20,000 nt of DNA. Source: an uncultured virus (IMG/VR IMGVR_UViG_3300043786_001842) (Duplodnaviria > Heunggongvirae > Uroviricota > Caudoviricetes). Of this stretch, positions 1 to 7,162 are shown piece by piece. Made by a program: the position numbers and the translations under genes. The stretch's first letter is position 1, and each line of letters begins with the position of its first letter. Under the pieces are notes generated by a model, which was not told the origin of the DNA, ran no database searches, and saw only the letters and a list, made by a program, of their open reading frames with translations. Location: the IMG/VR virus record IMGVR_UViG_3300043786_001842. One strand, given 5' to 3'.

Positions 1-9
1 AGCGTTGAT

Positions 10-699
10 CTAACGGAAGTACTCGTCTGAGACTTTCTTCCAAATTCTCTTCGATGCAATCGTAGACACGTATCCTCGACGAATCCCTAGTTCTCGTTCG
101 ATTACTGGAGGAGTTTCACCAGCAGCCAATTTCAAACAGATCTGTCGGATCAAGGATTCGGGATATTTGCACATTGGGTGCTCAGTTCCAGAACGACGTC
201 GCACAAGACCATTTGCGACTGCATGCTGGACATTCTCTTTACCTGATACCCATTCGAGATTGCTTGCCGCATTGTTTCTTTTCGAACCGTCAATGTGATT
301 GACCTGGCTCTGTCCAAAACGCGGCTTAGGGAGGAAAGCTTCAACGACTAAGCGGTGCACGCGTTCACTTTTGCGTTCACCACTTTTGTCGTACATCTTC
401 ACCTGCATGTAACCCCGTCCATTGATAGTCTGAATCAGGAGGGTATCACCATTAGCTACTCGCCCGAGATTGCTGACACGGTAGCCGGGATGGTGCACAC
501 AAGGTTTCCAGTTCTCTCCAGGTAGCGTCTCAACTTGAGATTTGCGTATTGGCCGTCTCAGGTTGAGACGCTGGAGGAGACCAGTTACAGCACCGACAGT
601 TGTTTCCAACTCGTGTGCCATTTCTGGATTGGACTTGTGCAAGTAGTTTTCGGTGAGGAATGCTACATGCTGCGGATTTGATATGCTGAGTGACTTCAT
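10..699 (-). CDS. Intron-encoded NUMOD4-HNH homing endonuclease
   Basis: NUMOD4-like ENWKPCVHHPGYRVSNLGRV; HNH core VHRLVVEAF...VNHIDGSKRNNAASNLEWVSGKENVQHA; HTH-like C-terminus; GAGG RBS upstream of the ATG. Confidence 0.93.
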   Translation of the reverse strand: MKSLSISNPQHVAFLTENYLHKSNPEMAHELETTVGAVTGLLQRLNLRRPIRKSQVETLPGENWKPCVHHPGYRVSNLGRVANGDTLLIQTINGRGYMQVKMYDKSGERKSERVHRLVVEAFLPKPRFGQSQVNHIDGSKRNNAASNLEWVSGKENVQHAVANGLVRRRSGTEHPMCKYPESLIRQICLKLAAGETPPVIERELGIRRGYVSTIASKRIWKKVSDEYFR

Positions 700-713
700 T
701 TGAAAACCTCTGA

Positions 714-742
714 ATTATACCATATTCATTGGTTCTCAACAA
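714..742 (-). promoter_or_regulatory. Sigma70-like promoter for the HNH gene inside intron 3
   Basis: TTGTTG (742-737), 17 nt spacer, TATAAT (719-714) with an extended -10 TG, directly upstream of the RBS and ATG. Confidence 0.6.
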
Positions 743-894
743 TTAGACCCTTCGTTGCCGGTTGTCTCTACCTTCGCATTTTCAGGGGTCGCCGCTCCGT
801 CACCGGGCGGTATCCTAGCGATAGTCTAGCAAGACTTTCTGGCAGTTAGAGAAGTTCACAGCGCGGATCGCTCCGCGCAGCCGCTAATTTGCTA

Positions 895-970
895 ACGGTT
901 TTCCCTTGAGGCTGAAGATAGCCTGGGTTTTGCGATCACGCCCAAGGGCACAGCTGGAACCTGCACTATC
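895..970 (-). CDS. gyrB: Type II topoisomerase subunit B, exon 3 (76 nt, not in the ORF track)
   Basis: Translates DSAGSSCALGRDRKTQAIFSLKGKP, matching the GyrB TOPRIM segment DSAGGSAKQGRDR...QAILPLKGK; preceded by the intron-terminal G at 971. Confidence 0.92.
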
Positions 971-2198
971 CATTCATCTTTGACAGCCGGCGTTACTGAC
1001 TGTCGCCCGCATATTCGCGCGGGCCTCGCGGTCTCCCGCGAGATGAGACTATATCTTCGCCCCAGCGGGGCGTCTCCCGTTTCCCCGACACTCGTCGGGT
1101 ACGTCCTTTCGGACTAGTCGTTGAACCTTCGCCTGTTTTCTTACACGCGGGATTGCAGTCCCGCCCCAGCCTCACGGCGCCAGGTGGCCGGAGGGCTTCA
1201 GCCCTCGAAGTCCCCCTCGCTGTAGCCGAGGTAGGAAATGGCGTCATCTTTGCTGACGCGCACGGTGGCATTCAGAAGACAGTCGTGCTCCAGGATGACC
1301 GTCATGCCGGAGGTGCTGATGCGGTGGCTGGCTTCGATGCGGAATCGCGCCAGGGCGTCGTCGACGCCGTTGCGCTCGAACGTCGGAAACGACGCATTCT
1401 CGCTGTCGCCGAACTGGAAGTTCGTCTTCGGATGGCCGTAGTAGTTCAGGATGAGCCTGATCTTGTCCTCGGCGAGATACGGCGCATAGATTGCCTTGAT
1501 CTCCTTCACGGAGATGTGCTGGTTGCCCGGAGTGATTTCGCTGCGTCGGAACATCACCGACCGGCGCACCTGCTCGCGAAGCGCCTCTTCACGCTCGAGC
1601 GTCGCGACGAGTTCGCGAGCGATTTCCAGACGGGAGCGCGTGGCCGAGGAGGCCTGGCGCTCGCGGAGCTGGCGCTCGCACTCGATGAAGTACTTGCGAG
1701 CGGCGCGACCCCTCTCGTTGCGCTCCACCATGGCCAGTTCCTTGGCCATGTCGAGGCTGATGTGATAGTCGATGCGGTTCGATCCGCCGCCACGGTTTCC
1801 GACTGCGCTCCCGTTTTGGAGTGCAGTCGTAAAGTCTTGATTCTCAACGAATTCATACTTCTCGACCCGGTCCTTGATCCAGTTGGAGAAGTCCTTGCCA
1901 ACCTCCAGGAATGCGTGGAGCTCCCTGGCGTTCACCGTCGGGACCACTGCATTCCCGACCGGCTGCTCCGTCAGCTTCATAAGGATTTCGTCTTGTGTAT
2001 CCATATTGGTTCCTTCAAATTTCAGATAGAGGCCTCGCTGCAACGAGGCTGGTGGTGGTGTACAGGCGCTTGGCTGCTGATTTCCCAATCCCCACACTTT
2101 TCAAGCCGTCGCGCTCGCCCTTGCGGGCCACGCTGTGGCAGTGGGGCTCTCAGGGAGTTCCAGCAATTAGAGAGATTTTACGAGAGCAATGGTTACTT
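971..2198 (-). mobile_element. Group I intron 2 (IA2-like, 1228 nt) carrying an antirepressor-domain ORF
   Basis: Exon ends GAGGGU| and pairs with IGS GCUCUC (U.G at the junction). P AATTGCTGGAAC 2168-2157, Q AAATCAGCAG 2083-2074, R GTTCAACGACTA 1126-1115, S AAGATATAGTC 1057-1047. P7.1 GTCC-GAAA-GGAC, P7.2 CCCGAC-GAGT-GTCGGG, terminal G at 971. Removal restores IVEG|DSAG in frame. Confidence 0.93.
1198..2004 (-). CDS. AntA/AntB antirepressor-domain protein (268 aa) encoded inside intron 2
   Basis: VNARELHAFLEVGKDFSNWIKDRVEKYEFVENQDF...DYHISLDMAKELAMVERNERGRAARKYFIECERQL is the typical AntA/AntB signature, followed by a short coiled coil and an unrecognised C-terminal domain. Start moved to ATG 2004 (GAAGGA RBS) because the longer ORF overlaps the ribozyme core. 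Confidence 0.9.
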   Translation of the reverse strand: MDTQDEILMKLTEQPVGNAVVPTVNARELHAFLEVGKDFSNWIKDRVEKYEFVENQDFTTALQNGSAVGNRGGGSNRIDYHISLDMAKELAMVERNERGRAARKYFIECERQLRERQASSATRSRLEIARELVATLEREEALREQVRRSVMFRRSEITPGNQHISVKEIKAIYAPYLAEDKIRLILNYYGHPKTNFQFGDSENASFPTFERNGVDDALARFRIEASHRISTSGMTVILEHDCLLNATVRVSKDDAISYLGYSEGDFEG

Positions 2199-2462
2199 AC
2201 CCTCGACGATGAACAGCTCGGTCTCCGCGGAGTCCTTCGACGAGCAGTCCTTCAGCTTGCCGAAGTTCTTCATTCCGAAGACGCCGGCGTCCTGCTTTCG
2301 GACCTGCTCGCGGGCCTTCGCGGCCGCGACGCGGGCCTTCGCGGCGTTGATCGCACGCTGACAGAGAAGGCGCGCCTCCTTCGGATTCTCCTCCAGCCAC
2401 CGCTGCAGGCCGGCGTTGACGGTCTTCTGGACAGCACCCTGGGCGTCACTGTTTGACAATGT
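2199..2462 (-). CDS. gyrB: Type II topoisomerase subunit B, exon 2 (88 codons)
   Basis: TLSNSDAQ...WLEENPKEA...AAKARVAAAKARE...GKLKDCSSKDSAETELFIVEG matches the end of the GyrB/ParE transducer and the start of TOPRIM. Confidence 0.95.
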
Positions 2463-3753
2463 CCTATATTTAAACGGCGTTCGTTACTCACCGTCTAGTT
2501 CCAATCTACCAAATTCCCGTTCGGTCACAGACCATGGATCCATTCCACGCACTAGCACATCTTCGAGTACTTGAACCACATCGGAAACGTATGGGATCCG
2601 CAAGAGAGGATAGCCGCGCTCTTGACAGAAATTAGTCTTGAATGCGTCCCTTTCCTGCATCACCAACATGTCTACCTTCCAATTTGGCCCGACTATAAAA
2701 TGCTGGCGACCATCGTACTCGATGAGCAGCGATTCGTCAACGAGAAAATCGAACTTGAGTTGACGCTGAAAAACACATCCTTCCAATGCCACTTCACGTT
2801 CATACGACCGGCCATGGCTAGTCAACCAATTTTCGATAGCCTGCACTGCCTTAGATGTCTTATTCCTTAAAGCACAATACGGACATCTACAACCGCCTAG
2901 AAACAGGCCGGACGACATGTCAAATGTCTGCCCACATGTCTCATGTCTAAATTCGACCTTCTCCCTGAAATTGCGGTACTTGCCGAGAACTGAGTACTCA
3001 GTTCCGACCAGCACCGCAATTTCCCGAACGAAGTCGTCATGAGTGCGACGGTGTTTTTTGTTGCACTGCGGGCAGCCGGCATGTGGCTTACGGACACGAC
3101 GTAGCATCGTATTGGGCGAAATTTCCCATTCGTATCCACACTGATGGCGTGTCAGAATGGGCGTCATCGTGTTAACGTATTTTCCAAGCACGAGATATTC
3201 GCCAGGGAAGTGCTTCTCCAGCTCGGCCACGTACTCAGAGTGTGTCTTCCTGACCGCGTTCCCGCACTTCGGGCAGCGATCGCCACATACGAATCGACTC
3301 GGACGCATCTCGAAGATGTATCCGCATTCGATGTGCTCGAATCGGATCTTGTGATGGGTGGTTTGGTAGAGGTCGAGCAATCGATACTGATTCTGCCCGC
3401 GATCGCGGACTATCTCAGCAAATTGCTCGTGGGTCATCTTTGCCGGCATCCTATTCTCCTATTTAGAGGACAATCAAATGTTAGCGACGACAACCGGATT
3501 GGAACTACTTACAGTTTCCTGTAAGAGAAGACTATATCTTCACGGTATGACCGTGCTTCCCATTTCCGCACCACTCGGCGCGTACTCCCTCGCGGGATAG
3601 TCGTTGAACGTTCACCCTCGCGGGTGCTTCGCTGCTGATCGCCCAATCTCTCAACTTGTCGAACCGTCGCGCTCGCCGTTCCCGGCCACGCTGTGGTATG
3701 AGAGCTCTAAGGGGTTTCCAGCAATTAGAGAAGTTTTACAAGAGCAGTCATCT
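2463..3753 (-). mobile_element. Group I intron 1 (IA2-like, 1291 nt) with endonuclease ORF in the P9 region
   Basis: Exon ends AAGGGU| and pairs with IGS GCUCUU. P AATTGCTGGAAA 3726-3715, Q GATCAGCAG 3640-3632, R GTTCAACGACTA 3609-3598, S AAGATATAGTC 3540-3530. P9 CTTACAG-GAAA-CTGTAAG; terminal G at 2463. Splicing gives FKGQSKG|TLSNSDA, aligning with the GyrB-type FEGQTKTKLGNSE. Confidence 0.93.
2484..3449 (-). CDS. Intron-encoded endonuclease: three zinc-ribbon repeats plus a Vsr/DUF559-like (PD-(D/E)xK-fold) nuclease domain
   Basis: Three repeats of H..CG..F/W....CPxC, then YEREV...KFDF...LLIEYDGRQHF...RDAFKTNFC...GYPLLRIPY; AGGAG RBS. Confidence 0.87.
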   Translation of the reverse strand: MPAKMTHEQFAEIVRDRGQNQYRLLDLYQTTHHKIRFEHIECGYIFEMRPSRFVCGDRCPKCGNAVRKTHSEYVAELEKHFPGEYLVLGKYVNTMTPILTRHQCGYEWEISPNTMLRRVRKPHAGCPQCNKKHRRTHDDFVREIAVLVGTEYSVLGKYRNFREKVEFRHETCGQTFDMSSGLFLGGCRCPYCALRNKTSKAVQAIENWLTSHGRSYEREVALEGCVFQRQLKFDFLVDESLLIEYDGRQHFIVGPNWKVDMLVMQERDAFKTNFCQERGYPLLRIPYVSDVVQVLEDVLVRGMDPWSVTEREFGRLELDGE

Positions 3754-4800
3754 ACCCTTCGATTGTCCTTTGAAGACTGGAGAACGATGTCTGATCGCGA
3801 CGAGGACCATAACGCCCTCGAAGCAATCTGGAGCCTCGATCTTGAGGTCTCTTTCTTTCACCGAAACGAGATTGTTATTCTCGATGTATCCGCGCACGAT
3901 CTGCGGCAGAGCCATGCGAACGCCCTGAACATGTGTGCCGCCTTCAGGCTGACGAACGCAGTTGCAAAAGCCTTGGATGCTGTCGCGGCCATATCCGCTA
4001 GTCCAGGCTACCGCAATGGCGACCCGGATTTCGCTGTCCTCGGGATTTTCGAAGTGGGCGACTTTCTTGAAGAGCACCTTGTCCCCGGCCAGCGACTCGA
4101 TAAAGGCATCAAGACCTCGCTCTTCGCGAAAGACTTCGTCTTTCGTGCCGGTTTCGTCCTTCCACTTCAAACGCAGTGTAAGGCCGGGATTCAGATAGGC
4201 CCGCTCGCGCAGCATGCGCTGGAGGGCTTCCCGACCGGGAATCATGGAACTCGCATCCTTGAACACGATCGGGTCGAGGATAAACTCAATCTTGGTGCCG
4301 GTACGTTTCTTGTTTCTCTCCAGCACTGCGCTCTCGATGTCCCGGATGCGTTTGGCACTTCTGAACTCGATGGTGTGCTCTTGACCGTCGCGCCACACGG
4401 TCGCCTTCAGATACGTCGAGGTCGCCGTGACCGCCTTCAAGCCGGTTCCGTGTAGACCGCCGGAAATTCCATAGGACGTACCGAACTTTCCGCCTGAGTG
4501 AGCTTTGGTAAGAACGACTTCGAGGGTGGACAGACCGGGGTGCTTGGAGTGCTCCTCGACCGGGATGCCACGCGCCTCATCTTCGACACTGATGAGATGG
4601 GATGCAGCGTCAACGGAAATGGTGATGGTGCTTCCATGCCCATTCATGTGCTCGTCAATCGCATTATCGATCACCTCGCGCACCGCTACTGCCACCCCGT
4701 CATCATCCGCGCTTCCAAGGTACATTCCAACACGAGCCCTGATAGCATCGAGGATCTCCAAAGTGTCGATGTCTGCTGCAGTGTATGTCTTTTTCGACAT
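3754..4800 (-). CDS. gyrB: Type II topoisomerase subunit B (GyrB/ParE-like), exon 1: GHKL ATPase and transducer (349 codons)
   Basis: YTAADIDTLE..DAIRARVGMYLGS, EVIDNAIDE, DEARGIP, HSGGKFG..YGISGGLHGTG, GTKIEF, EGGTHVQG, PVFKGQSK; AAGGAG RBS. Gyrase versus topo IV-like cannot be resolved by eye. Confidence 0.96.
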
Positions 4801-4901
4801 GTGCTACTCTCCTTCGTGGACTGCGAAATTGCTAGTCTGATACAAAACAAAAGTAAGATTTTGATGCCAGTATCATTTCTCCTAAGTAAATTGATGGCCG
4901 A

Positions 4902-5042
4902 CTAACATTCGACCAGAAACCAGAGTGCGGCAATCACCGCGATAATGGTGAGCAGCCTCGAGGGAAGGTACTCAGCCAGGTGATCGCTGAAGCTGTAGCG
5001 CCCGCCGGACCACCGGCCGTGCCCGTAGTACGAGTCATCCAT
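4902..5042 (-). CDS. Small putative membrane protein (46 aa)
   Basis: MDDSYYG...LLTIIAVIAALWFLVEC; one C-terminal hydrophobic segment; start overlaps the end of the upstream small ORF. Confidence 0.55.
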   Translation of the reverse strand: MDDSYYGHGRWSGGRYSFSDHLAEYLPSRLLTIIAVIAALWFLVEC

Positions 5043-5172
5043 GTCCGCCCCCGCAACGATCTGACCTCGGGCAGCGCTCGCAGCCAGTCGGGAGTTTGGT
5101 ACACGCCCACACGACAAAGACCGCAACCAGAAGCAATGGTGGCATGATCAGCACCAACAATTCTTCACTCAT
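5035..5172 (-). CDS. Small putative membrane protein with Cys-rich tail (45 aa)
   Basis: MSEELLVLIMPPLLLVAVFVVWACTKLPTGCERCPRSDRCGGGHG; strong GGAGG RBS before ATG 5172. Confidence 0.6.
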   Translation of the reverse strand: MSEELLVLIMPPLLLVAVFVVWACTKLPTGCERCPRSDRCGGGHG

Positions 5173-5247
5173 TCTCTTCCTCCAGGGTTGATACAAATTG
5201 ATGATATTCGAGGGATGACCAATTCCGACTCTCGATGGTAACCGAGC

Positions 5248-5280
5248 AAAAAAGAGGGGAGCCTTCAATCCCTCTTCTTT
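5248..5280 (-). terminator. Rho-independent terminator
   Basis: Minus strand AAGAGGGA-TTGAAGGC-TCCCCTCTTTTTT: hairpin plus U tract. Confidence 0.6.
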
Positions 5281-5315
5281 TAATTGCTCGGTTGTCCCAA
5301 AGCTTGTCGACGCGA

Positions 5316-5399
5316 TTATTTTCGCCTGCGCCAGAGCCATGCCTGAGCCATGCCGATGACAACCGGCACCAGAACTGCCATTACGACCAGAGTACTCAT
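5316..5399 (-). CDS. 27-aa hydrophobic peptide (not in the ORF track)
   Basis: MSTLVVMAVLVPVVIGMAQAWLWRRRK: one TM helix and a basic C-terminus; GGGGG-type RBS; lies between two terminators. Confidence 0.5.
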   Translation of the reverse strand: MSTLVVMAVLVPVVIGMAQAWLWRRRK

Positions 5400-5411
5400 A
5401 ATGCCCCCAAT

Positions 5412-5439
5412 AAAAAGAGGGACCTCTCGGTCCCTCTTT
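5412..5439 (-). terminator. Rho-independent terminator
   Basis: AAAGAGGGACC-GAGA-GGTCCCTCTTTTT just after the stop at 5454. Confidence 0.8.
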
Positions 5440-5453
5440 CAAAGCGCGATTTC

Positions 5454-6950
5454 TTAGCAGACCTCGAAGTACTCCTCGAAGTCCACCAGCGCGATCACCC
5501 GCGCCTCACCCAGGTCCACACCCATGCCGCCGGGGCGGCGGGGTGCGATGACGACCTGGCGGAGGTCGGCGTCGACGCACTCGAAATCGAGCGCGTTGTA
5601 CAGCGGGCCGATGACGACCTCCCATACGACGCCCTCGTAGATGGCGCACTGGCGGGGCTGGTCCACTCCGGCGGCCTCGATGGTGCGCTTGCGCACCCCG
5701 AGGTTGGCCAGGCCGATCGCCGAGCCGTAGTGCGGGGGCTCGCTGATCTCGACCTCGACCTCCGCCTCGCCGGCCCGCAGAGCGGCGACGGCCTCGCCGA
5801 CGGTCGCCGTGCTCGTGCCACCCTTCGGCCGCTCACCTTCCTTCGCGGCCTTTCGGCGCGCGATGTGACCCTCCTTCTCCTCGCGCTTACTTTTGAGGAA
5901 AGAGTAGAGCGCGTCGGCCGCGTCGATGGCGTCGGCCGCGATCGCATCGATGTCCCGTTGAAGCTGGGCCATCCGCGCGTCGATCTCACTCGCCCGCGCG
6001 GGAGTCACCGCCTCGCCGGTCTCCCTGGAGGTGGATCGGAGGTTGACGTAGTCGCCGATTGTGGCTTCCACCTCCTCCTCCGTCCACTGCTCACCGTTTG
6101 CGCGGTCGGCGAAAACGCCGAAGACCTTGGCGCGAAGCACCGCGTTCTCCTGCGGCACGTTCGCCATGGTCTGGAGGTCTTTTGCCATGACCTCCATCCA
6201 CTCCATCATCCTCGACGCCGCCGAGCAGATGGCCGCGACGGGGAAACCGTCGTCGGTCCACCCGTCGTCGAGCATCGCCAGGAGGAAGTGGACCCCGATG
6301 TCGGGGCACGCGATGGCCTTCTCCCGGGCCACAGGAGAGCGGAGCGCGGCAATCGGCAGCCGCTTTGCAGCGTCTAGGCTTTCCAAGGCTCTTTCCGGCA
6401 GCTTTCCGGAGAAGCCTTGGAAAACGTCCAGACAGCTGGACGCCGCCCGCGGGCTGTCCGCGGGCTCGAGGGTGGGGTCAGCACCCTTCCTCGCCTTGAT
6501 CCGGACGAACTTCCCGTCCTGGGAGGCGGGAAGCTCCCCGAGCACCCGCTGGAAGAGGCTCTTCCAGCGGGTGGACTTCCGCTGGATCCCAACAACATCG
6601 GCCCGCATCAGCAGGTCGACGATGGCGACGGCCCGGCGGCCTGCTGACGGTTTGCCGCTGAGGTCGGCGAGCATGGCGGCAGAGCTGACCGCCATGCTCG
6701 CCAGAGCGAACATGTTGGGTAACTCGTATTGCCCGGCCACGTGGTCGGCCAGCACGGCCAGCTTCGCAACCGCGTCCCGGATGGGACGCAGCTGCGGGCG
6801 GGCGGCGGGCAGCGCCACCTTTTTCCCGTCCTTGGCCGCGAGGGCCAGAGACGGGGCTTTCACCTTCTCTTCGCGGCGACGGCGAGTCGCCTCGGCAACG
6901 GAGATGGTCTTGATCTCGCCAAGGTGGTTCTTCAACTCATGCAGCTTCAT
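5454..6950 (-). CDS. Hypothetical protein (498 aa)
   Basis: Long ORF; start placed at MKLHELK (ATG 6950) behind an AAGGAG RBS; followed by a terminator. No family recognised. Confidence 0.8.
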   Translation of the reverse strand: MKLHELKNHLGEIKTISVAEATRRRREEKVKAPSLALAAKDGKKVALPAARPQLRPIRDAVAKLAVLADHVAGQYELPNMFALASMAVSSAAMLADLSGKPSAGRRAVAIVDLLMRADVVGIQRKSTRWKSLFQRVLGELPASQDGKFVRIKARKGADPTLEPADSPRAASSCLDVFQGFSGKLPERALESLDAAKRLPIAALRSPVAREKAIACPDIGVHFLLAMLDDGWTDDGFPVAAICSAASRMMEWMEVMAKDLQTMANVPQENAVLRAKVFGVFADRANGEQWTEEEVEATIGDYVNLRSTSRETGEAVTPARASEIDARMAQLQRDIDAIAADAIDAADALYSFLKSKREEKEGHIARRKAAKEGERPKGGTSTATVGEAVAALRAGEAEVEVEISEPPHYGSAIGLANLGVRKRTIEAAGVDQPRQCAIYEGVVWEVVIGPLYNALDFECVDADLRQVVIAPRRPGGMGVDLGEARVIALVDFEEYFEVC

Positions 6951-6977
6951 TACTCTACTCCTTGTGAACGTGGAAAT

Positions 6978-7095
6978 CCCCTGTCCGCGTCCGGACAGGG
7001 GTACATCGGACAAACTACGGGCTCGGGTCGCGTTGGAACTCGCATCCCAAGTGAATAATATACTTTGATCCTTTGGGGGCTTTACGCCCCCAAAG
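6978..7095 (-). promoter_or_regulatory. Structured upstream region with two perfect 10-bp hairpins and a TATATTAT motif
   Basis: Plus strand CCCCTGTCCG-cgtc-CGGACAGGGG (6978-7001) and CTTTGGGGGC-tttac-GCCCCCAAAG (7071-7095); minus-strand TATATTATTCACTTG at 7062-7048 lies between them. Confidence 0.5.
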
Positions 7096-7162
7096 ATGAT
7101 GCATGAGGTCTCTAGAGGCCCGATGCCAGGAGGGGCATCGGGTGCGGCGGCGCGCGGTCGCG

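Larger units (their letters stand above)
1..894 (-). mobile_element. Group I intron 3 of the topoisomerase gene (partial; 3' part off the left edge), HNH ORF in P6a loop
   Basis: The GyrB-like frame breaks after ...LKGKP. P1 hairpin CCGU|UAG-CAAA-UUAGCGG puts a U.G pair at the splice site (895/894). P-like AACTGCCAGAAA (847-836) and Q-like CAACCGGCAA (764-755) are present. P6a GGTCTAA (749-743) pairs with TTAGATC (13-7), followed by AACG as in intron 1. R and S elements are not in the window. Confidence 0.8.

Noticed and set aside
1147..1182. tRNA-Cys-like stem GCGGGA-CTGCAA-TCCCGC on the minus strand
   Set aside because: No D arm, T arm (GTTC) or acceptor stem; it is a simple hairpin inside the intron loop.
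993..1271. 92-aa minus-strand ORF
   Set aside because: It runs through the ribozyme core (R, P7.1, P7.2, P8, S) and has no protein-like features.
1198..2004. Intron 2 as an IStron
   Set aside because: The cargo has no transposase or TnpB motifs and lies inside P6a rather than at the intron 3' end.
1153..2361. 402-aa plus-strand ORF and similar long ORFs (3604-4455, 5235-6377, 6061-7068, 7103-8131, 11735-12646, 15843-16721, 18802-19713)
   Set aside because: Antisense or frame shadows of better-supported genes in GC-rich DNA; no motifs recognised.
895..4800. Fragmented gyrB as a pseudogene or a case of stop-codon recoding
   Set aside because: The fragments join exactly in frame at U|...G| boundaries and the gaps contain group I core elements; other genes read normally in the standard code.
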